Positions 12,880 through 25,416 of a stretch of DNA of 64,000 nucleotides are shown here, piece by piece. Position numbers and translations under genes: made by a program. Under the pieces are notes generated by a model. That model was not told where the DNA came from. It saw nothing but the letters and a program-made list of their open reading frames with translations, and made no database searches. The stretch lies in contig OX597814.1 of NCBI GenBank assembly GCA_951406725.2, positions 147,002,001 through 147,066,000 of the forward strand, read 5' to 3'. Within the stretch, counting starts at the first letter, position 1, and each line of letters starts with the position of its first letter. This DNA comes from Octopus vulgaris. Lineage: Eukaryota.

Positions 12880-13385
12880 AGTCATTTCCACCGCGGCCAT
12901 GCTGGAGCAGCACTTTAGGGGGTTCTAGGCGAACAAAATGACTCCAGGACTTATGTTCCAGCTTGGTACTTATTCTATCGGGCTCTTTTGCCGAACCGCT
13001 AAGTTACAGGGACCTAATCACACCAAAAACCGATTGACCAGCGGTGATGGGGGAAACACAGGCACAGTGATAAACACACATGGATATATACTTATGTATA
13101 CGACGGGATTCTTTGACTTCCCGTCGTCCATATCCAACTAACACAAGTAATATTAGATAACATGTTGCGGTAAACCAGTTATTCGCTCTCATACATGCTG
13201 AAACAAATACGTGTAGCCATACATTTATATACATGCATCAATAAAAATGCATGCACGCGTGCGCACACACACACATACATATGACAGGCTTCTTTCAGTT
13301 CCGTTCCTCAAATATACTCACAAGGTTTTAGTAGGTCCGAATCCATAGTACAAAACATTTATCCATGGTGCCACGCAGTGGGACT
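12880..13385 (-). mobile_element. SINE family A, fragmented
   Basis: Reverse complement of segments of 21307-21710 (gcggccatgctggagc, tactattctatcgg-like, ccgaaccgctaagttac, ggcttctttcagtt, gtgccacgcagtgggact). Confidence 0.85.
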
Positions 13386-14383
13386 ATATATATATATATA
13401 TACACATACATACATACATATATATACATATATTTATGTACATGTATAAAGAAAGAGAGATAGAGAGAGTGAGAGAGGTGCAAACAGAGAGATACGCATG
13501 TACTTATACATGCATCTAAACACACGATGATGTAATCCGCCTTTACCCGCCTCTCGTAATTTCAATTTCTGCTACTGACACTTTGCCTTCGAAGATTTAA
13601 ATATTGTTAAGTCCAGATTAAACCCACGGTGTAGTCACTGTATCAAATGTGTTTCTTTCATCACCAAATAGTATTTAAAGTATGTCTGTATTCAAATTTC
13701 TCGAGGAGCGTTTTCTCTAGAGAATGAAAGGCAATAATTTAAAAGTATTAACACAACCAGCCTAACTTGGATGCTTTGTTTATAACGTTTGGACTGATGT
13801 AAACGCCCTGGAAAATCATTTCATGTGTACGACGAATGCTAAAATACATCGAAAGTCCATTATCGGTTGACGAATTGTCCGTAAAATCATTTCATATAGA
13901 AGACAAATTCTAAAATGCCTGTGGTTATAAACGGCACGTCCAAGTTTCACTGGTTGTACTTATTCATATTCGTTACAAAAGCTGCTACTGTTGCTATTAC
14001 TTAATTTGTACATAGCGCGCCGAGATTTTACTACACCACTTGCTGTTTCACCAGTGTTGTTCTCTAAGGGTTTGACTGATTTTCTGATTGGCACTTAGCT
14101 TGGCGAGCTGCCGCTGTTGGCCTGCGATGCTGTGAAATCCCGTGTTACGATAGTGCCACCCGCCGGTGTTCTGACGGAATGTCGTAAACCGATAATATAA
14201 TTTCGATGCATCTGTTGCATACACGAAATGATTTTTCGAGATGTTTACGGGTATCTATGGATTTATAAACAATACAAATCAGAGTGGAATTACCAGTTAA
14301 TATTTGTTACAAAATCTGCTACATTTGCGTGTGTGTGCGTGCTGGTGTGTGTTTGTGTGTGTGTGTGTTTGTGTGTGTTTGTG

Positions 14384-14424
<41 letters not shown>

Positions 14425-15295
14425 TTAGGTGGGTGCTTCATTTGTAAGTGCACATATATGTATGATGCGCATGATCTGTGTTCATGTGTGCATTTGCTTA
14501 AAAATTATTCTATATAGCTGCGTTTATTTGCATGTAATCACGTATGTATATATTCATGCTTGTATATTCATGTGTGTATATGTGCGTCATTGAGGATTCG
14601 TCCTCCACAAAATCTTTATGGAGTATATCACAATAAAATTATATCTGTGTAAAAATCTCATATCACAATTCGTTACAGAATGAATTGTATAACATTGATT
14701 AGATGTAAAATGTTTCAAAATTCTGTACACGTAGGGTAAACTATGACGTAAGATTTTCTAAAGAGTTAAGAATATTTTAATGACTAAACAAAACACGTGA
14801 AATGATTTTCAATTTATTGAAGCCTTTAGGTGATGCGCCGATAACATAGTTTCTCCTCAGTCACACCACCTGATACAATTAACAAAAAATATCTTTCAAC
14901 CCAGTTTTTTCTTGTATAACGAATCGTTGCCGCTATAACATATTTGATAATATGCCTATTAGTTCGGAGCTGATAAGGTATAAAGTAATGACAACATTAA
15001 CGACGACGGCAATCATATCATCAACAACGACAATAACAGGAAAACCATGCAAAAACAAAAACAGCAACAACTACTCAAAATATACATTTTTTTTTCTATC
15101 TAGAAATCTTCCATAACATTTATATACTTTATATTTTTTATGGTGGCAGCGCATAAAATTCATTAATTTCGTTATTTAGATGGTTTGAGGTATGGCCTTT
15201 CCTTTCTTAGCAATAACTTTCATCAATTTAATTCATTAAGTAGGACCTGTGCCGTAAGAAACAAGCTTCGAATATATTCTACCTTTCTGTTATAC

Positions 15296-15524
15296 TTAAG
15301 GGGGGCGTGCTGGCAGAAACGTTAGCACGCCTTGCGAAATGCGTAGCCGTATTTCGTCTGCCGTTACGTTCTGATTTCAAATTCCGCCGAGGTCTACTTT
15401 GCCTTTCATCGTTTCGGGGTCGATAAATTAAGTACCAGTTACACACTGGAGTCGATGTCTGTCCTTGTTTGTCTGTCCTTGTTTGTCCTCTCTGTGTTTA
15501 GCCCCTTGTGGGCAGTAAATAAAT
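15296..15524 (+). mobile_element. SINE family B with 24-bp target-site duplication
   Basis: A-box-like tggcagaaacg, B-box-like (g/t)ttcaaattcc, central tttgcctttcatcgtttcggggtcgataaattaagtacc. TSD atatattctacctttctgttatac at 15272-15295 and 15525-15548. Confidence 0.93.
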
Positions 15525-17052
15525 ATATATTCTACCTTTCTGTTATACATATTTCCTGAGCTGTAGGAAAATATACATATATATATCTAACATCGATATA
15601 TATTTCTATATGCACATGGTGATGCAATATCACTATATTTATCCTTGACAAACATCTGGACATTCTGCCATCATTGCATGTAAAAGTTTGTAGATCTTTC
15701 GGTTAAACGGGTATTTTATTTTGTCTACTATCACATAAATTACTTTCAAAAGAAATCGAATGTTATTTGGCACATATAGTAATTGGAAATGTTAAATTGC
15801 AACGTAATAAACATCAATATTCTGAGGTGTCAAGTTTATCTAAAATTTTCCTTATTAACTTTCTTTCTTCAGAATACTAAATGAGACACTTATTAAAATT
15901 TTGCTCCGAAAGGAATTCTACTAGATAAGAATACGTCTAATTATGAGATCAATAATGATAGCAGGAACGCTTTAGCTGCTTCTGTTTAATATTTGACCTG
16001 AAAATAAGTAGGTATATTGCTAAAATGTTTCAAAGTATCATTAATTCTACTAGTATTATTTATTCATTGTTTTAAATCTTTGTTACCGTTGCTTTAGTGT
16101 TTTCTTGGCGCACATGTAGTTTGTAGTAAGTTATTTACATTCTACTACCGTAGATATTCTTAATTAGAATTAGAACCATTATTACACATGAAAAATTAAT
16201 GAATTTCGCATATCTTATGAGTAAAAAAATTGCTTCGTATAATGCAACGCAAATGAGAATATTTTAAAGCATTAAGATCCATTATACTAAAAAAGAAAGA
16301 GAAAAACTACTAAACTTTATTTATTTGCTGCTTTAAAAGCAATTTTAAAATATGGGTCAATGTTTCAAGAATGCCGTAATGCTAATATAACAATTTCAGG
16401 ATACATGCTTTGCAAAAGTCAAGTAATATGATTCATAATATACCAACTATGCTGTGGAGCTTTTAGGTATGTACTCGTCGGCCTGCATGGCCGAGCATAT
16501 CATTTCAGCTATGACCATCTCATCGTATTTTCTTAGGTAGAGAAAATCTAATATCATATGCACTAGATTTATATCCTTCTTTTTAAATAAATTTGACTTG
16601 CAAAGGATTTTACCAACTTTTTCTTCATCGTACATCGAAGATGCACCTACAGTCTCCACTTACTGATTCTTATATGATGTACTCTTTTTGTATATACTTG
16701 TAAATTTGTATGAGATCATAGGTAAAATTAATACACTTATCAACCTAGTTACTATTTTTTTTTGCCATTGTAGCTATGTTAACTTCGGGCAATACATAAC
16801 CATTGAAATATTTACGAAATGAATAATATACTCGTCAAATCGCAAAGGAGATCGAGATGGTATATTGTATAATGAGTATAACTGGGATTTACAATGTGAT
16901 CACATACGCTCGTCGAACATATTGACAGATATCGAAAGTGCATATTGTGGAGAAAAAGGTATTGATATTTTTTATTTATTCATTAAGGTACCTATTTAAA
17001 TGATCAGATTTAAAGATAGTTGTATGTAAATGCAAAATATGTAAGATATATT

Positions 17053-17262
17053 CCTTTCTACTCTAGGCACATGACCCGAAATTTGTGGGAAGCGGGGCCA
17101 GTGGATCATATCGACCCCAGTACGCAACTGGTACTTAATTTATCGATCTCAAAAGGATGAAATTGTAAATCGACCTGGGCGGAATGTGAACTGAGAACGT
17201 AAGATAGACGAAATATCGATAATCATTTCGCCCGGCATGCAAACGTTTCTGCCACCTTAATC
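17053..17262 (-). mobile_element. SINE family B (variant tail)
   Basis: Reverse complement of the family B head and centre; TSD tgtaagatatatt on both sides. Confidence 0.88.
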
Positions 17263-17671
17263 TGTAAGATATATTACTCCAAATATCTCAGTATGAGAGC
17301 TGAGTAGAAAATTCATAGTCACGTCCACATTATTCAGCTTAAGGCATTGAAATGACCTCCATCAAAACACAACAAAAGTTGTATGCTTCACTGTCATTAT
17401 TTGGAAGAAGAAGAGAAACACTGAATTTTTTTATCGAGCTTCTCGAGCACACTCTTAATATGAGCCCCATCTCTCCCGCTCTCATTTTCTCTCACTCCTT
17501 CTCACTCTTCCCCTCTCTCTAGATAGATAAATGGATAGATATATGATACATAGACACATAGATGATACATAGATAGGTAGATATTTTGATAGGTAGGTCG
17601 ATAGATAGATACATAGACAGATAGATAGGCAGAAAGATAGACTGTCACATCGATATTATGCTTTTGTATAA

Positions 17672-17891
17672 TCCTTTGACCTCTTTTAGTCATTTGAATT
17701 GGCCATGCTGGAGCACCACCTTTTGTCGAAAAAATAGCCCCCAGGACTCATTCTTTGTAAACCAACTACATACTCTATCCTTCTCTCATTGCCGAACCAC
17801 TAGATGTCGGGGACGTAAAAACACCAACATCGGTTTAAATTGATGGCGGGTAGACATACATAGACACAAATAACAAACACATACATTCATA

Positions 17892-17942
<51 letters not shown>

Positions 17943-18100
17943 GAAGGGCTTCTTTCAGTTTCCGTTACCAAATCCACACACAAAGCTTTGGTCAGCCCAA
18001 AGCTATAGTAGTAGACACTTACCCAAGGTGGCAGGCAGTAGAACTGAACCCGGAACCATGTGGTTGGGAAGCAGGCTTCTTATCACACAGCCACTCTTGT
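17672..18100 (-). mobile_element. SINE family A
   Basis: Full-length reverse complement of 21307-21710, with an internal (TA)n. Confidence 0.9.
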
Positions 18101-18755
18101 GTATAAGTACAAATGTCTCTAACCTAGTAACGAAAATCTGATATTTTAGATACAGGAGTACAAAGGTTTCAGATTATATCTCTCACTCTTTAGTTATGCT
18201 TGATGTGCAGCCAACGTTCTACGCAAAAGAATATTTAGGAACAGCAGAGCACGACGCATTTCTCAGAAGCTAACTCATTCACTTCGTTTCATGAAATGCA
18301 TTCCTATAATAATCCCTTCGAATAATCTACTTTTTTACTTCCTAAATCGTATGCGCTATATACATTACTTTCTCCCGATTTAACTCTTTCTCGAGTTCAG
18401 AATATTCAGATTCAATCAACTATACAGCTCTTCGACAAAACAACTTGCTTTTATCCACTGTAAGAATATTACATTTTATCTATTCAAAATAGACGTAGGT
18501 GTCATACACATAACTGGTCAATTTTGATTTCCCACCACTGTCCCCGTTACTTTAATGTAGAATGAATGACTGTTCACTGTGCTGAAAATAAAACTGAACA
18601 ATATATAATATCAAGTAAATCTCTCATTCCCCATCTCCCGATGCGTTTACTCGTCCATAAAATGAAGTTGCTATGATTAAATCCCGAGCAACGAGGAAAT
18701 AATTGCCATATGGTTAGGAATATAAAAAGAGAGTCCGCATATGATTGATAACCCA

Positions 18756-18852
18756 GTATCTTGTTTGCATGAGAGAAATGGTTCCACCGTTACGAGTGTA
18801 GATATCTAAATATCGTTTGCAGACAATCAATAATGTAAGTGACAACGTATTC
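18756..18852. repeat. Left arm of a 97-bp inverted repeat pair
   Basis: Ungapped reverse complement of 20509-20605; 15 mismatches by hand count, 31-bp perfect core. Confidence 0.92.
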
Positions 18853-20508
18853 TGAGTTGGTGCATTGTTCCTCGTTTTCTTTGATTTGGATATTTTATAG
18901 GGTTAACAGATGCTTGTGTATAAATTGACTTGTGTTTCGATAGAAGCCTTTAGGATAGAATAAGCGAAGAGGATTTAACGTCGTAGAAATCTGAAAGATG
19001 TTGGAGAAAAGATGTATACATTCGTAACATTGTTTATATATCATAGGAACTGCACGTAAACGAGATTGGAATGAGGAAAAAGCTAGTGAGAGATAAACCG
19101 ATGCCAAAGTGGCTGATAAGTAACCCAATACACAGATGCTAGATGCAAAATTATAAACAAAAACAAAATAATAAAAAGAAACAAGCGTTAAGTGAAAAGT
19201 ATTAAAATGTAATCGCTTCATGTCAAGGAAGTTAGAGAGAGACATTGAGTACGCGATTGTAAGAGATAGCATTAGACTGCGGAGGGGAGAGACAAATAGT
19301 GGGCGTTAAACGTGTATGATAAGCTATGAAAGAATTACACTGTTTTAAAATAAAGTTATTTGGTGATTTACGGCTGGATGTTAAAGGTCATGCGTCAGGA
19401 GTGGAACGTAAAAAGATTAAAATTTAGAAGAAACGTCTTTTTCTTGTTTTACAGTTAGAAAAAAACTGGGTTTGAAGAAAACTTATATCATTTTGGAGAT
19501 AAGAGAATAGTTTAACGAATATATATGAAAAGAAAAAAGTAAAATTTATCTAACACAGAAATATAGCAAAATGTAACACGCAGTGGAACAATAAAACTAA
19601 ACATTCTTCGTTCTTAATGTCACTTGTGCTATTTGTCGGAATTCTCTTTGATTTATCTTTGCATTTTTTTTTTCTTTTTTGTTAAAAGAAAACGACACAT
19701 ATTAATAGTGGACGTTGTTGACGCTTCGTTCCACATCAACACCGATGCGGTAAATATATGACCATATACATTCTCACCGTAACCATCATTCCTTTATGAG
19801 TTCTGTGGAACCGCGTCATTCAATACCTCCTTTAAGAGGCACGATTTGATCTAAGGAATATTTGGTTGTTATTTCTAAAATGTCAAGCGACTATATAAAC
19901 AGCCCTTAGTTGGCTTGTGCTCCGAGATGCGGTCTCGAATAATCAGAAGTCTGAATTCGCAGACTTCCAGGAGTTAATTTGATATTCTAAGGTAAATGTT
20001 ATAGAGTACCTGTGAAGAACTGATGATCTATTCACTCAGCAGTAGTTACCTCCTCACATATAGATAGGTACTTGAGCCAACGTAAAACATTAATGGTGAT
20101 CAAGATGATGACGATGATGATGACGATGATGATAATAATGATGATGATGATGATAGCGGTTTCTTAAAAAATTCTCTGTATTCAAAGCCTGAATTGTCGT
20201 GTGACTCGATAAAACGCTAATTTCGCTATTTTATCAGTTTATTTGCATGTCGTACGAACAGTTCATTTATGTGTATTACCCATGCGAGACAACAAATGAG
20301 CTAAATGATTAGAACGATGAATAAATTGTATTAATGTATTTGTTCTCATGTTCTATGCTGTAGGTACAAATACTGCCGAAGTCGATATTATCATTCATTC
20401 ATGTCGAGTCGAAAATAAAGTATCAATCCATGATAGTGAAGGGAAATCACTATCCATGATAGTGAAGGTACGGGCGAAATGTATAGCGGTACGTGTAATA
20501 CAAACACC

Positions 20509-20605
20509 GAGTACGCTGTCACTTGCAGTGTTGATTGTCTGCAAACGATATTTAGATATCTGTATTCGTGATGATATAACCACTTCTCGCATGCAAACAA
20601 GATAC
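20509..20605. repeat. Right arm of a 97-bp inverted repeat pair
   Basis: See 18756-18852. Confidence 0.92.
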
Positions 20606-20653
20606 CAGGTTCCCAACTGCACAGGTTCCCAACTTCACGGGTTCCCAACTGCA
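20606..20653 (+). repeat. 3 x 16-bp tandem repeat
   Basis: caggttcccaactgca / caggttcccaacttca / cgggttcccaactgca. Confidence 0.95.
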
Positions 20654-21306
20654 TCCAACTTGCTCTCTCTCTGTCTGATAACGCCCATGGTTTATAGAAG
20701 AGAGACTTGCAAGCTTTGGCAAGTTCATAAAAACTGTTGCCCAGTCTTGCACCTTGGTTAGGAAGTGTTTAAAGAAACCCATGGTTCACCCGTGAACAAA
20801 AGGAGTCCTAGAAAGTGCAAGCATACAACATCAGTCTCTGATGATCGCTTTGCAAATTTTCGAAAATTTACTTCCTTAGTTACCTTTGGTCTGCCTTCAT
20901 CCGGATTGAGTGTGTGTCTGATAGATCTGGCTTACAGCGAGCCCATTTAGCAGACACAACCAATTTTAAATAAAAAGATATTCAGACGGATGACTGTCTT
21001 ATTCTCTACGCTGACTTGGCCTGAGAGCGAGGTATCAAGGAACTCTTAGTATATGTGTCACTCACAAGCAGTGAAAACGTTATATTCTGTCTTATAGTCT
21101 ACCATCGAACATATTCACTCGTTTGTTGATATTAAAATCGCTGCCCTTACACCAAGAATACCAGGAGTATCAACATAATGAAATATGATATAACAAACGA
21201 AAAAACAGTATTTCGCATGTAGCAACCCATCAATAAATCTCTATACACATACTCAACATCACAATCTCGCAAGCTGGCTGACTATCTACCTATATATATG
21301 TATATA

Positions 21307-21710
21307 GGCGCAGGAGTGGCTCTGTGGTAAGTAGCTTGCTAACAAACCACATGGTTCCGGGTTCAGTCCCACTGCGTGGCATCTTGGGCAAGTGTCTTCT
21401 GCTATAGCCCCGGGCCGACCAATGCCTCGTGAGTGGATTTGGTTGACGGAAACTGAAAGATGCCTGTCGTATATATGTATATATATGTGTGTGTGGGGGG
21501 TTGTGTGTCTGTGTTTGTCCCCCTAGCATTGCTTGGCAACCGATGCTGGTGTGTTTACGTCCCTGTCACTTCGCTGTTCGGCAAAAGAGACCGATAGAAT
21601 AAGTACTGGACTTACAAAGAATAAGTCCCGGGGTCGATTTGCTCGACTAAAGGCGGTGCTCGAGCACGGTCGCAGTCAAATGACTGAAACAAGTAAAAGA
21701 GTAAAGAGTA
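21307..21710 (+). mobile_element. SINE family A (tRNA-like head, CORE-like cttgggcaagt, internal microsatellite)
   Basis: A box tggctctgtggt, B box gggttcagtccc, internal (TA)/(TG) tract, tail aagtaaaagagtaaagag; several paralogous copies in the window. Confidence 0.93.
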
Positions 21711-21769
21711 ATATATGTATATATATATCAATACACATGCACACACACGCAAACACACATATATATTAA

Positions 21770-21964
21770 CTCCGTCCGGGTTGCGGATCCGTGGAACAAG
21801 CTGCCAGACGAGATGGTGAAGATGCCGACGACCGCTTTGTTCAAAGCCTCCCTTGACCTCAAGTAGCCTGAACTCTTTACATGAACACCACCCTGTACTT
21901 AACTCCATGTCCCCCTACATGGCCTTGCTATATGCTTTTGAGCCAAATTAACTAACTAACTAAC
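21770..21964 (+). mobile_element. CR1/L2-like LINE 3' end
   Basis: Translates SVRVADPWNKLPDEMVKMPTTALFKASLD (the CR1 RV..WN.LP...FK..LD C-terminal motif), followed by a short 3' UTR and an (AACT)n tail. Confidence 0.85.
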
Positions 21965-22354
21965 ATTAATATAAACGCCGCTGGCACACCTACGCGAAAA
22001 CAAAAGAAAAATGTTTGAAGAGGACATAAATGAGACGTGGTACTTCAATAGTAGCATTAAAATTGTCATTCGGATTTGAATTATTAAAAGTTTTAACGAC
22101 GCAAAACTAACAAGAATCGATTCGAATCTTTAACACATGACCTCTATTACACAATAATATATATTCAATGTTAGATATTCGCAAGTACACAAGGATATCA
22201 TGTGTTATTGAACATTAATTTACTTTAATATGGTTTGCGTCTAGATATTGCTTTTGCGTAGCCTCTGAATACATCTGTAATTCACATGGGGTACGAGAGT
22301 AGATAGAGTTATCTAGCTTATCCAATTAAAAATACAATCGTATTTCAAATGATA

Positions 22355-22736
22355 GGCGCAGGCGTGGCTGTGTGTTAAGAAACTTGCTTTCCAACCGCAT
22401 GATTCTGGGTTCAGTCTCACTGCGTGGCACCTTCTACTATAGCCTCGAGCCGACCAAAGCTTTGTGAGTGGATTTCGTTGGCGGAAACTGAACGAGGCCC
22501 GTCGTATATACATATATATGTGTGTGTGTGTCTGTGTTTTTCCCTTACTACCACTTGACAACCGATGTTGGTATGTTTACATCCCCGTAACTTAGTAGTT
22601 CAGCAAAAGACCGCTAAAATAAGTATCAGGCTTAGAAAATAAGTACTGAGGTGAATACCTTCGACCAAAATTTATCCAAGGTGATGCCGCAACAAGGCCG
22701 CAGTCTAATTACTGAAACAACGAAAAGATGAAAGAT
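22355..22736 (+). mobile_element. SINE family A
   Basis: Colinear with 21307-21710. Confidence 0.9.
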
Positions 22737-22871
22737 GCATGATAGAATATAAACATATCTAACTCTTCAGCTTGTAGTAATTGATAGCGCAATCGAAACA
22801 CGTGCAGCTATCTTTTTGTTTATTCACTCTTATACCACACTTGCAGAAGCCGTACATACAGATAGCACATT

Positions 22872-23087
22872 TGTATATGTATGTATGTATGTATGTATGT
22901 ATTTATGTATGTATGTATGTATGTGTGTGTGTATGTATGTATGTATGTATGTATGTATGTATGTATGTATGTATGTATGTATGTATGTATGTATGTATGA
23001 ATGTATGTATTTACTTATGTATATATGTATTTATGTATGTATTTATGTATGTATGCGTATATTTATGTATGTGTGTATGTATGTATT
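22872..23087. repeat. (TATG)n microsatellite
   Basis: Directly visible. Confidence 0.97.
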
Positions 23088-24109
23088 TGAAAAATGTTTC
23101 ACTATTTTATGCTTAACATGTTGAATGTTGTAAGAACGCAATGCGTTAACTACAGCCACTAATAATATGCTTAAAGTTGCATCGTATATTGACCTTACAT
23201 TAACACTGAATATTCGTGACTATAAAAATGTGTTTTTAGTAACTCACTTTTCTCTTGCCAGTCGTTTCATAACTTTCAGATTCAGCCAATTGCAATATGT
23301 GAAATTACTACAGCCAAAGCTAAATGCTAGTTTGTACACCGGTTTTACTATTATGTAACACTTAGCTGAAACAACAAGTAATAATGATTCCTTACAATGG
23401 TCGAATATATAGATAATAGAAGCGTCTGTAATGCTTGCATAAGATGAGTGACAGTCAAATTCGATATCACTGTGGAGGAGAAAAGAAACTAAATATTATT
23501 TGTGCTTCTCCAGATGCCTTGAACACAAATTATATAGAAACGCAACCAGATGTTTTATTGTGAAATTTATATTTTCGTCTCTCTTCATCCTTCTTTCTAC
23601 TATGTGTTGTCTTTTCTCAATTGCGTAATAACCGATTGATTTCCAGTCTCATGCTATTTATGTCTGTATTTCCACAGATTATTAGTTATGCTCTCCAGAT
23701 TTCTTCTACGTTTCACTTCTTACATAACACGCACATATCATTTACTGGCAGTGGAATACGGAAGAATATAAGAGCGGAGCAGCAGTGGATGAACTATAGA
23801 GAGAATGAGAGACGTGTGAGAGAAAAGCGAAAAGGAAAGCAAAAATAAATCCCCGGCTAGTATTGGAATAAAATAAGAGCTACAAGGTTGAAATGGCCAT
23901 AGTTACGTTTTCATGGTCTGGCGCGTTCTAGGATAATAATGAAAAATTCGTGCTACTATAAAAAATTTCAAGTGAAATGAACTTAGGCATTGCTCGGTAT
24001 TATTCTGCTTTGGTGCTGTTGAAGAGACTTCAAATTGTAATGATTTTATGTTTGCAGATGTAGAAAAGAAGAAACCACATTGCAAGCTTTATGTAGCAAA
24101 GAATGTTTG

Positions 24110-24340
24110 AAGACTACTAAACTCGTATATGTCTTGTGGTAGAAATAACTGGTTTTTGACTTGATGAACCCATTGAACCACGTTTTCAACTCCTTGAGTT
24201 AGTCATATGAAGTATCTCTGTAACTTCTATAAAGCGACCGATGCTGTAATAGTCTGAAGGCGCTATATGTCGAGAATACGGTGAGTTCGGTAGAAATCTC
24301 CAACTGTCATCTTGAACAGCATTTTGACGACAGTGATGAC
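24110..24340 (-). pseudogene. Degenerate mariner transposase C-terminus
   Basis: Minus translation SPYSRHIAPSDYY (cf. YSPDLAPSDY) followed by WFNGFIKSKTSYFYHKTYTSL. Confidence 0.7.
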
Positions 24341-24835
24341 ATCACGAGAACATCCCATTTAAATCGTCCAGTTTCCCGGTGGAGTGGCGTCAGTCCTCTT
24401 GGATGAGCTCACTTAATTGATCCATATTGCACTAATCCTGTCGTGTGGAACGCAAGGAATCTGTGATGCCAAATTTCCCCTCCTTGATATGTAAACACTA
24501 CTTCTGCGCAGTTCTTATAGAAATAACATCTTTCTTCCGTACACGGCTTAGTACCTCGAGTGGTCCGTCAGGTTTAGCAAAATCATTGTAAAAAAAGAAA
24601 AGTAGATATTGAAAATGCTCATTTTTCTTGCACGGCGCTCTGGCGTAACATGTCTTAAAAGGTGTACAATTTATTCAAGCTTTAAAAACGATAAAGGTAA
24701 TGTTGTAGAAGAGGAATTGAGCTAGTAGTCAACATTAAAATAATGTAAAAATGAGACTAGGAATAAAGCATATTTTCTGTTAGTTTAAATAGCTGAATAG
24801 AAACGAAAGAATTCACATAACAAAGGCAATAAATA

Positions 24836-24881
<46 letters not shown>

Positions 24882-24921
24882 TATATATGTATATATATAT
24901 ATATATGTGTGTGTGTATATA

Positions 24922-25360
24922 TAGTTTATTTTTGTTTTTTGTTTTTTGTTTTTTGGTTTTTTTGGTTTTTGTGTTTTGCTTGTTGTTTTTTGGTTTTTGT
25001 ACATTTTTAAATATGAGAACTTTTATAATAGGTTTTTATATTCAATTGTTTATAGGGTTTATTTTAGATTATTTTAGATTATATATTGACTATATATAGA
25101 TTATATATAGATTATATATAGATTATATTTTTATTTATTTTTTTATATTCTTTCATTGATAATTTTATTATTTTATTATTTTAAATTATTTTAAATTATA
25201 TTTTAAAATATTGATATTTTTAGATCGAAAATCCACCTGAAGATTGTCGGTAGCAGACATGAAACATTTGTAGTGGCGGTTTATTTAATTTATATTAAAA
25301 TTTTATGTATTGATTAAGTCTTTCCTTGTTTGGTTTTAAAATAGTGGCTTTGTCTCGAAT

Positions 25361-25365
<5 letters not shown>
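24922..25365 (+). mobile_element. Solo Penelope-type pLTR-like insert within (TA)n
   Basis: T-rich unique segment bracketed by (TA)n on both sides and carrying a minimal hammerhead motif. Confidence 0.65.
25233..25276 (+). ncRNA. Minimal type I hammerhead ribozyme motif
   Basis: ccac-CTGAAGA-t-tgtc(ggtagca)gaca-t-GAAAC-attt-GTA-gtgg. Stem I ccac/gtgg, stem II tgtc/gaca, very short stem III, GUA cleavage triplet; U-U mismatch at the base of stem II. Confidence 0.8.

Positions 25366-25416
<51 letters not shown>

Noticed and set aside
16447-16659. 70-aa minus ORF and tcggcc/ggccga hairpin
   Set aside because: No homology recognised; a 6-bp stem is expected by chance.
20606-20653. CRISPR-like array
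   Set aside because: The repeats are contiguous with no spacers, and the context is eukaryotic.
23753-23800. Short frame ending ...AAVDEL* (KDEL-like)
   Set aside because: Weak acceptor, no supporting exons; likely chance.
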